From the NCBI GenBank assembly GCA_024614665.1, contig GCA_024614665.1_4861.1: a DNA stretch of 64,000 nucleotides; one strand, given 5' to 3'. The notes under the pieces were generated by a model. It was not told the origin of the DNA. It ran no database searches and saw only the letters and a list, made by a program, of their open reading frames with translations. The DNA comes from a phage. Position 1 is the stretch's first letter, and every line of letters starts with the position of its first letter. A program made the position numbers and the translations under genes. Below are positions 44,065 to 52,067 of the stretch, in pieces.

Positions 44065-46365
44065 TTAGCCGCCAGCGCCTTCACCGCCAGTACCTGGCTG
44101 GGTAGCACCGCCGCCAACATCACCAGCATTACCACCGTCAGTACCGCCGGTGCCGTTGGAAGTAGTAGTGACGTTGAACGCCAGTTTCTCTTCCACGAAC
44201 TTGGTGATACCTTTAATCCAGATCAGACCAGTGATCGGGCAGTGGCAGATGTGCGCGTTACGAGGCTGTACTGCCAGCTCTTTGCTGGTAGCGCCGTTAC
44301 GCTGGATGTTGATGTTGGTTACCATGATCGGAGACCAGAAGTGGTTACCCCAGTTCAGAACACAGTAAGAACCATCATCAGCGGTTGGAACTTTCAGAAC
44401 CCACTGCAGGCGGCGAGTCCAGCTGCCGTCAGCTTCGTTCTTCACACGCCAGCGGTCATCGTTGGTGGTGATAACTTCGTACTCGTAGCGATCGCCCAGC
44501 AGACGCTGGTCGCCCTGAACCAGCAGCAGCATTGCAGCAGTCGGTTCGTCAGTTGCGATAACAACTTTCGGCAGTGCGTTCGGGTCCGCAGTCAGCAGGC
44601 GCAGAGCCGGCATGAAGCGAGAGTCCTGGATAGCACGAGTTACCTGGTCACCGATACGCTGTACCAGACCCTGACGGGCGTTGATGAGCGCATCTTTGGT
44701 ATCCAGAGACTGGATCACTTTGTCCACTTCGTAGTCGCTTTCGCTGTACCACGGAGCAACCCAGTGACGGCCCAGGCCGCGGATAGCAGGTTTGTCCCAC
44801 GGAGTGATCATGGACGCAGCTGCGTTCTTAACCGCTTCGGTGTAAGACAGAGTCTGAGTGATAGCCAGCATTTCGTTACGGATGTTAACCGCAGAAACGA
44901 GGTCGTCCAGACGTTCGGTGTCGTCGTATTCAACGCCAACCGGAGATTTGGTCATGATCGGAGAACCGTACTGCAGTTTGTAGTTCTCTTGTTCCCAAAT
45001 CGGGTCGAGCAGAAGGCCCTGGGTTCTCCGGTTCTCGTTGGTACGAGTACCGTCGAAGCGCCAGCCCAGCAGCTCCAGTTTCAGGTTGTCGATGATGACT
45101 TTGCCGGTGCCGCTTTCGATATCAACAGCAGTACCAGTTGCATCGTACAGACCTTCGATTTCCAGAGACGGTGCAGTCACGTCAACACGACCAGAGAACT
45201 GACCGTTGGTGAACAGAGACATGCTGATGTTCATGGAATAACGAATGGTGTAATCGTTCTGTGCCAGAGCGGCCAGTGCCGGGATTTCAGCACCTTTCCA
45301 GTCCAGAGACTTGGCGTTCAGGGAGAACACAGTGCGACGGAACTGCAGGACCAGCTCACGACCATCACCTTCAGGAGGACGCTGGAAGGTAGCGAACTGC
45401 ATGTCGCGTACGTTCAGTTTGATCAGCGCACCATCTTTCGCTTCTTCGCTCGGCTTACGCACAGACAGCAGCAGGCTACCCAGCGCTGCACCCGGTGCGA
45501 TTTCGTCGGTTTCATCGTAACCTTCCTGCACGATACCCGGATGGGCAGACAGCTGGAACAGGTTCAGACGACGCTCAGAGAAGCTCAGGTAGTTGGTCGG
45601 ATACGCCGGCACACGACCCAGCTGAACGTTTTCGTTTTCGATGATGTCTTCGGATACGAAGAACTTCGCGTTCTCACCGGTTTCCATCACGTAAGGTACG
45701 ATACGGATAGCATCGTCCTGCAGGACTTTGTGGTTAGACAGCGCGTTATGCAGCGGCTGACGGTTGTCTTCAACCACGTCTTTGGTCAGCAGGGCGTTCA
45801 GGATACCACGAGTTACAGTAGTAACTTTGGTACGAACGGTGATGCCGACGTCGTTGGTGTCCACAGTGATGGTCGGGAACAGGGTTTCTGCAAACTTGGA
45901 TTGAGTTTCCAGAGCACGCACGTTCAGCGTCCAGGTCAGACCCAGGTTTTTGTCCAGGTCTTTGTTGGTGTAGTATTCGGTTGCGACCAGCGGAGTTTTA
46001 CCGTAGTCAGCAGCCAGGGATGCTGCACCAGAAATAGCGATCGGCATATAGCTGGCGTATTCCGGCTTCGCGCTCTCAGCAGCAACACGGGTCATGAAGT
46101 CATCTTCGTGACCGGCAGCAGCCAGAATCATCGCAGAAGCAACCTGAGCAGCGTGGCTCATGGTTTTGCCAGGGTTTACAGCTTCGTAGTGCTGCTGAGC
46201 AGTGTCACGCAGGTTGGTGAAGCCGGCAGCATTTTTACGTACAGATTCGCCAACGGCTACGGTTTGCCATACGTCATTAGCGGAAGAGCCTGCCTTGGCA
46301 GCAGCGACCAGAGCATTGCCCTGCTGAACCAGCTGGTCCAGACTAGCGATACGGGTATCTTTCAT
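44065..46365 (-). CDS. highly expressed large structural-like protein (candidate major capsid or tail sheath), 766 aa, Gly-rich C-terminus
   Basis: Strong codon bias (few stops on the opposite strand, giving a 715-aa shadow ORF); flanked by promoter motif and hairpin terminator. Confidence 0.65.
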   Translation of the reverse strand: MKDTRIASLDQLVQQGNALVAAAKAGSSANDVWQTVAVGESVRKNAAGFTNLRDTAQQHYEAVNPGKTMSHAAQVASAMILAAAGHEDDFMTRVAAESAKPEYASYMPIAISGAASLAADYGKTPLVATEYYTNKDLDKNLGLTWTLNVRALETQSKFAETLFPTITVDTNDVGITVRTKVTTVTRGILNALLTKDVVEDNRQPLHNALSNHKVLQDDAIRIVPYVMETGENAKFFVSEDIIENENVQLGRVPAYPTNYLSFSERRLNLFQLSAHPGIVQEGYDETDEIAPGAALGSLLLSVRKPSEEAKDGALIKLNVRDMQFATFQRPPEGDGRELVLQFRRTVFSLNAKSLDWKGAEIPALAALAQNDYTIRYSMNISMSLFTNGQFSGRVDVTAPSLEIEGLYDATGTAVDIESGTGKVIIDNLKLELLGWRFDGTRTNENRRTQGLLLDPIWEQENYKLQYGSPIMTKSPVGVEYDDTERLDDLVSAVNIRNEMLAITQTLSYTEAVKNAAASMITPWDKPAIRGLGRHWVAPWYSESDYEVDKVIQSLDTKDALINARQGLVQRIGDQVTRAIQDSRFMPALRLLTADPNALPKVVIATDEPTAAMLLLVQGDQRLLGDRYEYEVITTNDDRWRVKNEADGSWTRRLQWVLKVPTADDGSYCVLNWGNHFWSPIMVTNINIQRNGATSKELAVQPRNAHICHCPITGLIWIKGITKFVEEKLAFNVTTTSNGTGGTDGGNAGDVGGGATQPGTGGEGAGG

Positions 46366-46377
46366 TTCAAGTTTACC

Positions 46378-46902
46378 TTATTTAGATAAATGACATGCGT
46401 ACAACTGCGTCAGCACTTCGTGCGCAGCAAACTGCGTCGACGTACTGAACGTATCATCCACGACACGAGTCTTGGGACGCATATATTTAAAAAGTTCTGC
46501 GCAGAACATCTTTTTCGCAGCGTGGTCTTCACTTAAAGAAAAACCCGGTCCGGATTTAGCTTCTGCAAAAGACGCCACAACAACATCGCCACGTTGTGAG
46601 AACACCCAACGTAAACGACCGTCGAATGATTCCCCATATAAATCAGCAAGGGTTTCATTCGTACCTTTCTCAACCAGGTTTAAGACCTGGTCATAATAAA
46701 GAGTCGGAAGTGCAGGTGGTGCCATAATCGATTTATAAATCGAAATAGGGTCACTCACTGGCAGTATGATGGAACTAAAGCCCGACGAGCAGTCATATAA
46801 CCAGTTAAAGAAGCTTGCTTGGAGTTCCTCCAACTTTTTAACGCCAGCCCCTTTATCTATGTTAGATTGAACTTCCCACGGTGGACTAAAACGAATTTGC
46901 AT
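46378..46902 (-). CDS. hypothetical protein, about 174 aa
   Basis: ATG at 46900-46902; start only 14 nt from the ATG of the divergent plus-strand gene. Confidence 0.5.
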   Translation of the reverse strand: MQIRFSPPWEVQSNIDKGAGVKKLEELQASFFNWLYDCSSGFSSIILPVSDPISIYKSIMAPPALPTLYYDQVLNLVEKGTNETLADLYGESFDGRLRWVFSQRGDVVVASFAEAKSGPGFSLSEDHAAKKMFCAELFKYMRPKTRVVDDTFSTSTQFAAHEVLTQLYACHLSK

Positions 46903-46916
46903 TTTAAGGATGCTCC

Positions 46917-48479
46917 ATGAATAGTAAAATGATGTTGATAACCGCCTTAGCCGCACTGTATACAGAATCTATGCTGACGGACCCTAGCAAGGATCATGAT
47001 GTCATAAGAAAAGTTCTGATGCAGATCAAGCTTCCGGAATATGCGGAAGATGGCGAAGAGCGCTTTGCACTCATCGAGATCAAGGACATTATCACATCTA
47101 TCATAGACGGCGGCATGGAATACGACCACGCGAGCGTTATGAAGCGCTTGAAGCTGGCCACCACTCAAGTACGTCCTCTATACGATACGATTACCAAATT
47201 CCTCGAAGACGATTTGCCCGAGGAAGAAGACAAACGTACCGAGCATCTTAATCGACAACTGTCTCAATATTATTTCCAATTACGTCAATGTTTACAGAGC
47301 GTCGAACTCAAAACAAAAATGGGTCGCGCGTTCGGAGCATTGAATGGAACTGAGACACGTGTTGATCTGAACACCGCAGTGCTCGAACTCAAAGAGGCGC
47401 TATCTACGTTCGGTGAACGCTCTCATAATAAGATTCCATCACTGGTCGGTGAGCTGGTTACAGATAATCGGGCTCCGTTTGTTAAAGTGTTCGACTCGAT
47501 TAACAAGAAAGCAGCAGGTAATGGTTTGCAGACGGGCTGGAAAGCCATTAACCAAATGCTCGGTTGTAACAAAGGGATTACCGAAGAACTGTGGCTAATG
47601 CCGGCGTTACCTTTTAACTGTAAGTCTTTGTTCAGTCTCTTGCTGAGCTTATCGATTCCTATCTTCAACACGCCTGAGAAAGTAATGGCGGATGTGAAGG
47701 GCACACTGCAACCAATTATTCTTGACTTGAGTTTAGAAAACGAACTCGACGTTAACTTAGCTTACGGCTATCAAGCTCTGTACGGTCATTTTGAAGGACA
47801 AGTTCCACAGATGACCATTTCACAGGATGCAACCGCTGAAGAGAAGTTAGCACACACAACAGCAATGTCTGATTACCTCTGTGGTAAGATTCGCGCAAAC
47901 GGTTGGGACTACGTTTTCCAAAAGCACACCAACTCCGATTTTAAAGTGCACTACATCAACGACCTTATTCTCGACTTACGTCGTCGCGGTTATCATGTTG
48001 TTGGCATTCGCGCAGACTACTTAGGCACAATCAGCAAAGCAGGACACGGCAACGGTATTGCCGGGAGTGATATCAAAGAAATTTATCGTATTGCTCGTAA
48101 CATTCAAGTGGTGCGCAACCGTGGGTTCTTAATTGCCCCACACCAGATTTCCCCAGAAGGTAAGCGCTTAAAAGCGTTAGACCCGGTAGGTTTCTGTAAG
48201 AACTTACCTGGTCGTGGTCTTTACGATAGTTGTTCGAGCCTTGATAACGAGGCCGATGGTGAAATGTATTTTAACAAGCGTGTGGTCAACGGCCATAGCT
48301 TCTTAGAAGTTCAACGCGGTAAGCACCGCACCATTATCGATACTAAAGAATCTTATCACTACACAGTGATACCTTTCCAGGATGTTGGCATCCTGCCTTG
48401 GGATTGTGATAAAGAAGAAACCGTAACAGCGTCGTCTATCAACTTCTTCACCGGTGGAATGGGTGATGATTTGTTCTAA
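46917..48479 (+). CDS. large hypothetical protein, 520 aa
   Basis: Long plus-strand ORF; AAGGA SD 6 nt before ATG; hairpin 48489..48508 after stop. Confidence 0.6.
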   Translation: MNSKMMLITALAALYTESMLTDPSKDHDVIRKVLMQIKLPEYAEDGEERFALIEIKDIITSIIDGGMEYDHASVMKRLKLATTQVRPLYDTITKFLEDDLPEEEDKRTEHLNRQLSQYYFQLRQCLQSVELKTKMGRAFGALNGTETRVDLNTAVLELKEALSTFGERSHNKIPSLVGELVTDNRAPFVKVFDSINKKAAGNGLQTGWKAINQMLGCNKGITEELWLMPALPFNCKSLFSLLLSLSIPIFNTPEKVMADVKGTLQPIILDLSLENELDVNLAYGYQALYGHFEGQVPQMTISQDATAEEKLAHTTAMSDYLCGKIRANGWDYVFQKHTNSDFKVHYINDLILDLRRRGYHVVGIRADYLGTISKAGHGNGIAGSDIKEIYRIARNIQVVRNRGFLIAPHQISPEGKRLKALDPVGFCKNLPGRGLYDSCSSLDNEADGEMYFNKRVVNGHSFLEVQRGKHRTIIDTKESYHYTVIPFQDVGILPWDCDKEETVTASSINFFTGGMGDDLF

Positions 48480-48488
48480 CGAACACTG

Positions 48489-48508
48489 GGGAGCTTAGGC
48501 TCCCCTAC
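48489..48508 (+). terminator. hairpin after plus-strand gene (weak U-tract)
   Basis: GGGGAGC-TTAG-GCTCCCC 10 nt after stop of 46917..48479; no U-run, so possibly leaky. Confidence 0.35.
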
Positions 48509-48571
48509 GGGCAGTTTATGCGTCCTGCCAAGATCAAAAAAAAAATACGACGAACTATTTATATGCATGGA

Positions 48572-48598
48572 ATTACCCGAGTGTTCCAGCACTCGGGT
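48572..48598. terminator. hairpin ACCCGAGTG-TTCCAG-CACTCGGGT
   Basis: Perfect 9-bp stem between the plus gene end and small ORF B; A10 run at 48538..48547. Confidence 0.4.
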
Positions 48599-48613
48599 AA
48601 GAGTTATTTCATG

Positions 48614-48760
48614 TTAACTTTTGTTTAGTAGTATTTCACCTCCTAAACCCTTGATACGACGAACAGTGTTCTGCTTGGGCGCAGTCAACTGTTGTACACG
48701 TTGGTTGAATTGGGTTTGCTTAACGTAATAGTTAAGTATTTGCGAACGTAGTTGTTCCAT
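48614..48760 (-). CDS. small Gln-rich protein, 48 aa (MEQLRSQILNYYVKQTQFNQRVQQLTAPKQNTVRRIKGLGGEILLNKS); paralog of 48873..49019
   Basis: AAGGAGG SD 7 nt before ATG; conserved C-terminal IKGLGG(D/E)I..NK shared with tandem neighbour; absent from ORF track at full-length start. Confidence 0.5.
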   Translation of the reverse strand: MEQLRSQILNYYVKQTQFNQRVQQLTAPKQNTVRRIKGLGGEILLNKS

Positions 48761-48845
48761 GTAGTGCCTCCTTAGGCAGGTTGTTAATATATCGCTGCGC
48801 TGTGGTGGTACACAATGCACCGATATACTGTCACGGGAGTTAAAA

Positions 48846-48866
48846 GGGGTGCTCGAACACCCCTGG
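48846..48866 (-). terminator. hairpin between the two small paralogous ORFs
   Basis: GGGGTG-CTCGAA-CACCCC directly downstream of small ORF A. Confidence 0.45.
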
Positions 48867-48872
48867 TTAGTG

Positions 48873-49019
48873 TTACTTCTTATTGAAGATGATGTCACCT
48901 CCTAGTCCTTTAATGGTACGGGTGGAAGTCTGCGGTTGGCGGGTAACCTCTTGCAGACGTTGTTGAAAAGCGACATGTTTCAGCTGTTGCTGACGCAGTT
49001 GTTGCATAAAGGTATTCAT
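48873..49019 (-). CDS. small Gln-rich protein, 48 aa (MNTFMQQLRQQQLKHVAFQQRLQEVTRQPQTSTRTIKGLGGDIIFNKK); paralog of 48614..48760
   Basis: GAGG SD before ATG at 49017-49019; tandem paralog; not in ORF track (under 60 aa). Confidence 0.5.
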   Translation of the reverse strand: MNTFMQQLRQQQLKHVAFQQRLQEVTRQPQTSTRTIKGLGGDIIFNKK

Positions 49020-49044
49020 GTTAACCTCTAAGTGGATGTGAATA

Positions 49045-49080
49045 AGCTCTCTCCTTCGGGAGAGAGCGCCTTTTATTTTC
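49045..49080 (+). terminator. plus-oriented UUCG hairpin terminator
   Basis: GCTCTCTCC-TTCG-GGAGAGAGC followed on the plus strand by GCCTTTTATTTTCTTTTCGG; faces the minus terminator at 49098..49123. Confidence 0.5.
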
Positions 49081-49097
49081 TTTTCGGAAAATAAATA

Positions 49098-49123
49098 TAA
49101 AACCCTCTTACCCGAAGGTAAGA
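49098..49123 (-). terminator. UUCG-loop hairpin terminator (identical to 21897..21922)
   Basis: CCCTCTTACC-CGAA-GGTAAGAGGG with U-run on the minus strand; downstream of 49133..49993. Confidence 0.6.
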
Positions 49124-49132
49124 GGGATACTA

Positions 49133-49993
49133 CTACGGTTTATAATCAACTTCGTTGATCTTACCGCAAGCCGGACAAGCAATGTTCATTGTCTGCGAAG
49201 TGTAGCGATGTGTTCTCGGTACCGTTGCGACATGATTGCGGTTACAGCCGGAACACGTCCAACCGACCACTGGTGCCTTCGATTGTTTCGGGGCAGGAGT
49301 GTCTTCTTTTAACAATGCGACTACCGCGTGAAATTTACGAAGTTCTGCGTTAACATGCGCTTCCCAGTCGGCGTCCAAACGCGCCGTGAACCAACGTTGA
49401 ATCTTCTGGCCAAGGCCGTCTTGATTTTCTTCTTCATGGGACATCACAAACTTGAGATTTGCGCGACCCCACTGCACAACGTTCTCTACTTTAATCCCGT
49501 CTACGGTGTCGCTGATTGGCGTATAGTTAAAAGTTGGATAGGTGAGATAACAAGCTTCAGCTGTTGCAAAGACCGTATTGCCTTCAAACAGCGCCATGGC
49601 CTCATCGCCCTTAGCATCCTTCTGTGCGGCTTCCAATCGTGGGCAATGGAAACCTTCAAGTTGCTGGATTTTGGTCGTTAGCGCATTGATACCCTGCAGC
49701 ACAGCGATACGCTTTTTGCTGTCTGTAATGGTTGCCATTACCTTGCACAACGCGCGCGAGATAGCGCTATACATTGACGTTTTGCGGTTTTCATCGAGGA
49801 AACGCTCTTGCTGCTCCAGGTCGTAAGAAGACAGGCCGTAGCTCTGCCCTTCGACCAACACGACGTAAGTACGACGTTTGTCGCGGTCCAGCTGGACAAT
49901 GGCCGCATCGGTTAACGGATCGCTAGCCAATACTTCGTGGTCGGGAGGTAGGGGGAAATCTGAACTTTTGATGAAATCAGTAATGCTGTACAT
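49133..49993 (-). CDS. hypothetical protein with C-terminal zinc ribbon, 286 aa
   Basis: CSGCNRNH ... CPACG near C-terminus; hairpin terminator 49098..49123. Confidence 0.55.
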   Translation of the reverse strand: MYSITDFIKSSDFPLPPDHEVLASDPLTDAAIVQLDRDKRRTYVVLVEGQSYGLSSYDLEQQERFLDENRKTSMYSAISRALCKVMATITDSKKRIAVLQGINALTTKIQQLEGFHCPRLEAAQKDAKGDEAMALFEGNTVFATAEACYLTYPTFNYTPISDTVDGIKVENVVQWGRANLKFVMSHEEENQDGLGQKIQRWFTARLDADWEAHVNAELRKFHAVVALLKEDTPAPKQSKAPVVGWTCSGCNRNHVATVPRTHRYTSQTMNIACPACGKINEVDYKP

Positions 49994-49995
49994 TT

Positions 49996-50418
49996 TTAGT
50001 CCTTAAGAGAGTTAATAAAGTCATCTAAACTAATATCACGGAATGGGAAGTAAACACCTTCAAGCGGAATCGTGTAGTGTTCACTAATGGCACGTTGCCA
50101 ATCCAGAACAGTTGCAGGGTAGTTCACAACCTCAAAGTTAGGATGCGTAATTGGCGGAATTGCGTTGTAAACATAGCCGTTAATATTTTTCGATGGGAAC
50201 GCTGCACGGAACTTCGGCTCCATGTAGAACATTTCCTCTTTTACTTCCTGGCCTTCCCAGAAACGATAACCGCCCTTACCGTCAGGAATATAAATCGCCT
50301 TGTCACGGGGTATAGGGGAATCCTTGGATAGCGGAACAAATCGTCCGTACTGGTCAAGGACCATCCAGTCGGTGTCATTCTTTAAATACTTTTGGAGCTT
50401 CTCATTAATCATTTTCAT
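49996..50418 (-). CDS. hypothetical protein, about 140 aa
   Basis: ATG at 50416-50418 with AAGGAA SD. Confidence 0.5.
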   Translation of the reverse strand: MKMINEKLQKYLKNDTDWMVLDQYGRFVPLSKDSPIPRDKAIYIPDGKGGYRFWEGQEVKEEMFYMEPKFRAAFPSKNINGYVYNAIPPITHPNFEVVNYPATVLDWQRAISEHYTIPLEGVYFPFRDISLDDFINSLKD

Positions 50419-50440
50419 GTTCCTTAGGCAAAAAATAATA

Positions 50441-50459
50441 CCACCCGTAGGTGGTATTA
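50441..50459 (-). terminator. hairpin terminator
   Basis: ATACCACC-CGTAG-GTGGTAT downstream of 50471..50659. Confidence 0.5.
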
Positions 50460-50470
50460 AATTAGCTATA

Positions 50471-50659
50471 CTACTTCTTCCCGAGTTCCCCACGGAACTT
50501 CGCCAGCTCTTCTTTCCAGTCCGGCTTCGGTAGTGCGCTTTTCGGCCCCACGATAAACGTACGTTCTGAGGTTTGCGGATTCACCTCTACCGTTTCGTTA
50601 TCTTCCACTTCGCGAAGCATGATTCCGTTTTTACCATCGTAATTAACTAAAACACCCAT
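50471..50659 (-). CDS. hypothetical small protein, 62 aa
   Basis: TAATG overlap with upstream gene; hairpin terminator downstream. Confidence 0.45.
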   Translation of the reverse strand: MGVLVNYDGKNGIMLREVEDNETVEVNPQTSERTFIVGPKSALPKPDWKEELAKFRGELGKK

Positions 50660-50841
50660 TAGTAAATCTCCTGCTGCATTGGAAATACATTACCTGTCGG
50701 TGAGACAAGTAAAACTTGCGCGGTAACGTGAACGATTTCTTCTTCGTCCTGACGACGAACACTGTTAGTGAGATTATCCCACTCACGTTTAACACGCGGG
50801 TGAGATAAGAACTCGGCAAACTGCGCATCAGAAAAGTCCAT
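50659..50841 (-). CDS. hypothetical small protein, 60 aa
   Basis: ATG overlaps stop of the upstream membrane micro-protein (TAATG). Confidence 0.45.
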   Translation of the reverse strand: MDFSDAQFAEFLSHPRVKREWDNLTNSVRRQDEEEIVHVTAQVLLVSPTGNVFPMQQEIY

Positions 50842-50984
50842 TAGCCGCGACCTGTACACATGGCAACAGAGTTACCGTTATCGATGCACTTATTGTAATC
50901 TTGAGTTACAGTGATAGACAGTACCGCGAAAGCAACAACAGCAACGATGGCAAAGATGGCACGTTTATGGTTACGAGTTAACAT
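50841..50984 (-). CDS. small membrane protein, 47 aa (MLTRNHKRAIFAIVAVVAFAVLSITVTQDYNKCIDNGNSVAMCTGRG)
   Basis: First gene after class-1 promoter and conserved leader (AAAGGAGTATTGCC before ATG); one TM helix; not in ORF track. Confidence 0.5.
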   Translation of the reverse strand: MLTRNHKRAIFAIVAVVAFAVLSITVTQDYNKCIDNGNSVAMCTGRG

Positions 50985-51034
50985 GGCAATACTCCTTTAG
51001 ATTAATAGTCGATTGAGTTGATAGATTGTCTTCT

Positions 51035-51060
51035 ATCACCTAGGTAATATATATCTGAAA
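51035..51060 (-). promoter_or_regulatory. class-1 promoter-like motif
   Basis: Plus-strand ATCACCTAGGTAATATATATCTGAAA; upstream of small membrane gene. Confidence 0.55.
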
Positions 51061-51078
51061 TTATTTTTATTCAGAGTA

Positions 51079-51196
51079 CACCCTCTATAACGCTCTCAAA
51101 CGCGTTTTGAGAGCTTTTATCACTATAGAGGGTCGTTCTACCGTTAGAGTGGCTTTAGAAGGTTGTGAGTGCGTTTAGAGGGCTAAAATAAAGAGA
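51079..51196. promoter_or_regulatory. structured non-coding element: nested 9-bp inverted repeats followed by four TTAGAG(G)G-like direct repeats
   Basis: CCCTCTATA (51082-51090) pairs with TATAGAGGG (51124-51132); inner GCTCTCAAA (51092-51100) pairs with TTTGAGAGC (51106-51114); TAGAG repeats at about 51126, 51145, 51156, 51176. Confidence 0.45.
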
Positions 51197-51222
51197 CCTG
51201 GTCTCACAAGGAGACCAGGCAC
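51197..51222 (-). terminator. hairpin terminator
   Basis: CCTGGTCTC-ACAAG-GAGACCAGG then U-rich tract; downstream of 51227..52024. Confidence 0.55.
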
Positions 51223-51226
51223 ACAT

Positions 51227-52024
51227 TTACATCAAATCCAGGCTCTGTGAGACCGCAACTTCCGGTTCACTGATGCCGCTGGTCACTGACAATGTAAAGC
51301 GACGATCGTTAATCACTTCAACTGCTTCGCTCGCACGCAGTGAATACTTGTCGGCGATTGGCAGTACACTGTTATCGTTCTGCGGCGGCAGAATCTGTGC
51401 CGGGAACGGAATGTACGAGTTGAAAGTGATATACGGACCGACTTGCATCATCGGGAACACTTCGTTCACGTTATTCGACATCCCTTCATCCGAAGAGATA
51501 ACGGAGTGACGCAGACAGGCACGCAGGCCAACGGTGTACTCCGGATCGCGCGATTCGCCGATCAGTGCGAAACGGAACACATTGAAATCGTAGTCGTCTG
51601 CAGCGAAGTGCTCTGGCAGGATACGCTGTACGTATTCAGGGTAAGTGGTCACGTCACCCGGAATAACATTCACGGCGAGTTTCTGTGCCAGGAAATACGC
51701 ATTCGCGAAACCGTACTGACCCGCCAGCGCAGCTGAAATCGGTGCAGTGGTTACGCAGTGCAGGAACAAGTGATAACCCAGCCCGCCTTTATCTTCGATT
51801 GCCAGGTCCTTCTTACTCTGCACACCGTCAGCAGTATAAATAACTGCCACTGTCTTATCCAACGTCGATGCCATGACAAAATCCAACTGCACCTCACCGC
51901 TCTGCGGTAGTACCTTAACCAGGCGATCCCAGAGCTTGGTCGGTTTGGTGAAGTTAGCGGCTTCGTACGCATCAATGTCGAGAACAGTTTGGCCGGTCAT
52001 GCGAAAGGTGTGAATCGCTTTCAT
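51227..52024 (-). CDS. hypothetical protein, 265 aa
   Basis: ORF with CTTAAGGAA SD; hairpin terminator 51197..51222. Confidence 0.55.
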   Translation of the reverse strand: MKAIHTFRMTGQTVLDIDAYEAANFTKPTKLWDRLVKVLPQSGEVQLDFVMASTLDKTVAVIYTADGVQSKKDLAIEDKGGLGYHLFLHCVTTAPISAALAGQYGFANAYFLAQKLAVNVIPGDVTTYPEYVQRILPEHFAADDYDFNVFRFALIGESRDPEYTVGLRACLRHSVISSDEGMSNNVNEVFPMMQVGPYITFNSYIPFPAQILPPQNDNSVLPIADKYSLRASEAVEVINDRRFTLSVTSGISEPEVAVSQSLDLM

Positions 52025-52067
52025 TGCAATATTTTCCTTAAGGTTACTTACGGGTCATACTAGATGA

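Noticed and set aside
44242-46389. 715-aa plus-strand ORF antisense to the 766-aa gene; similar long antisense ORFs at 38674..39816, 59864..60481, 61048..61536, 34148..34546 and 20416..20943
   Set aside because: Shadow ORFs caused by strong codon bias of the sense gene; their translations are Arg/Val/Cys/His-rich with no SD at the start, and they break the otherwise uniform strand organisation.
48614-49019. Ubiquitin-like or Pup-like interpretation of the GLGG motif in the small paralogs
   Set aside because: The Gly-Gly is not at the C-terminus (it is followed by 7-8 residues), and there is no ligase or deamidase partner nearby.
51115-51135. CACTATAGAGGG resembling a T7-type single-subunit RNA polymerase promoter core (CACTATAGGGAGA)
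   Set aside because: Only 8 of about 23 promoter positions match, the element is part of an inverted repeat, and no T7-like RNA polymerase gene is evident in the window.
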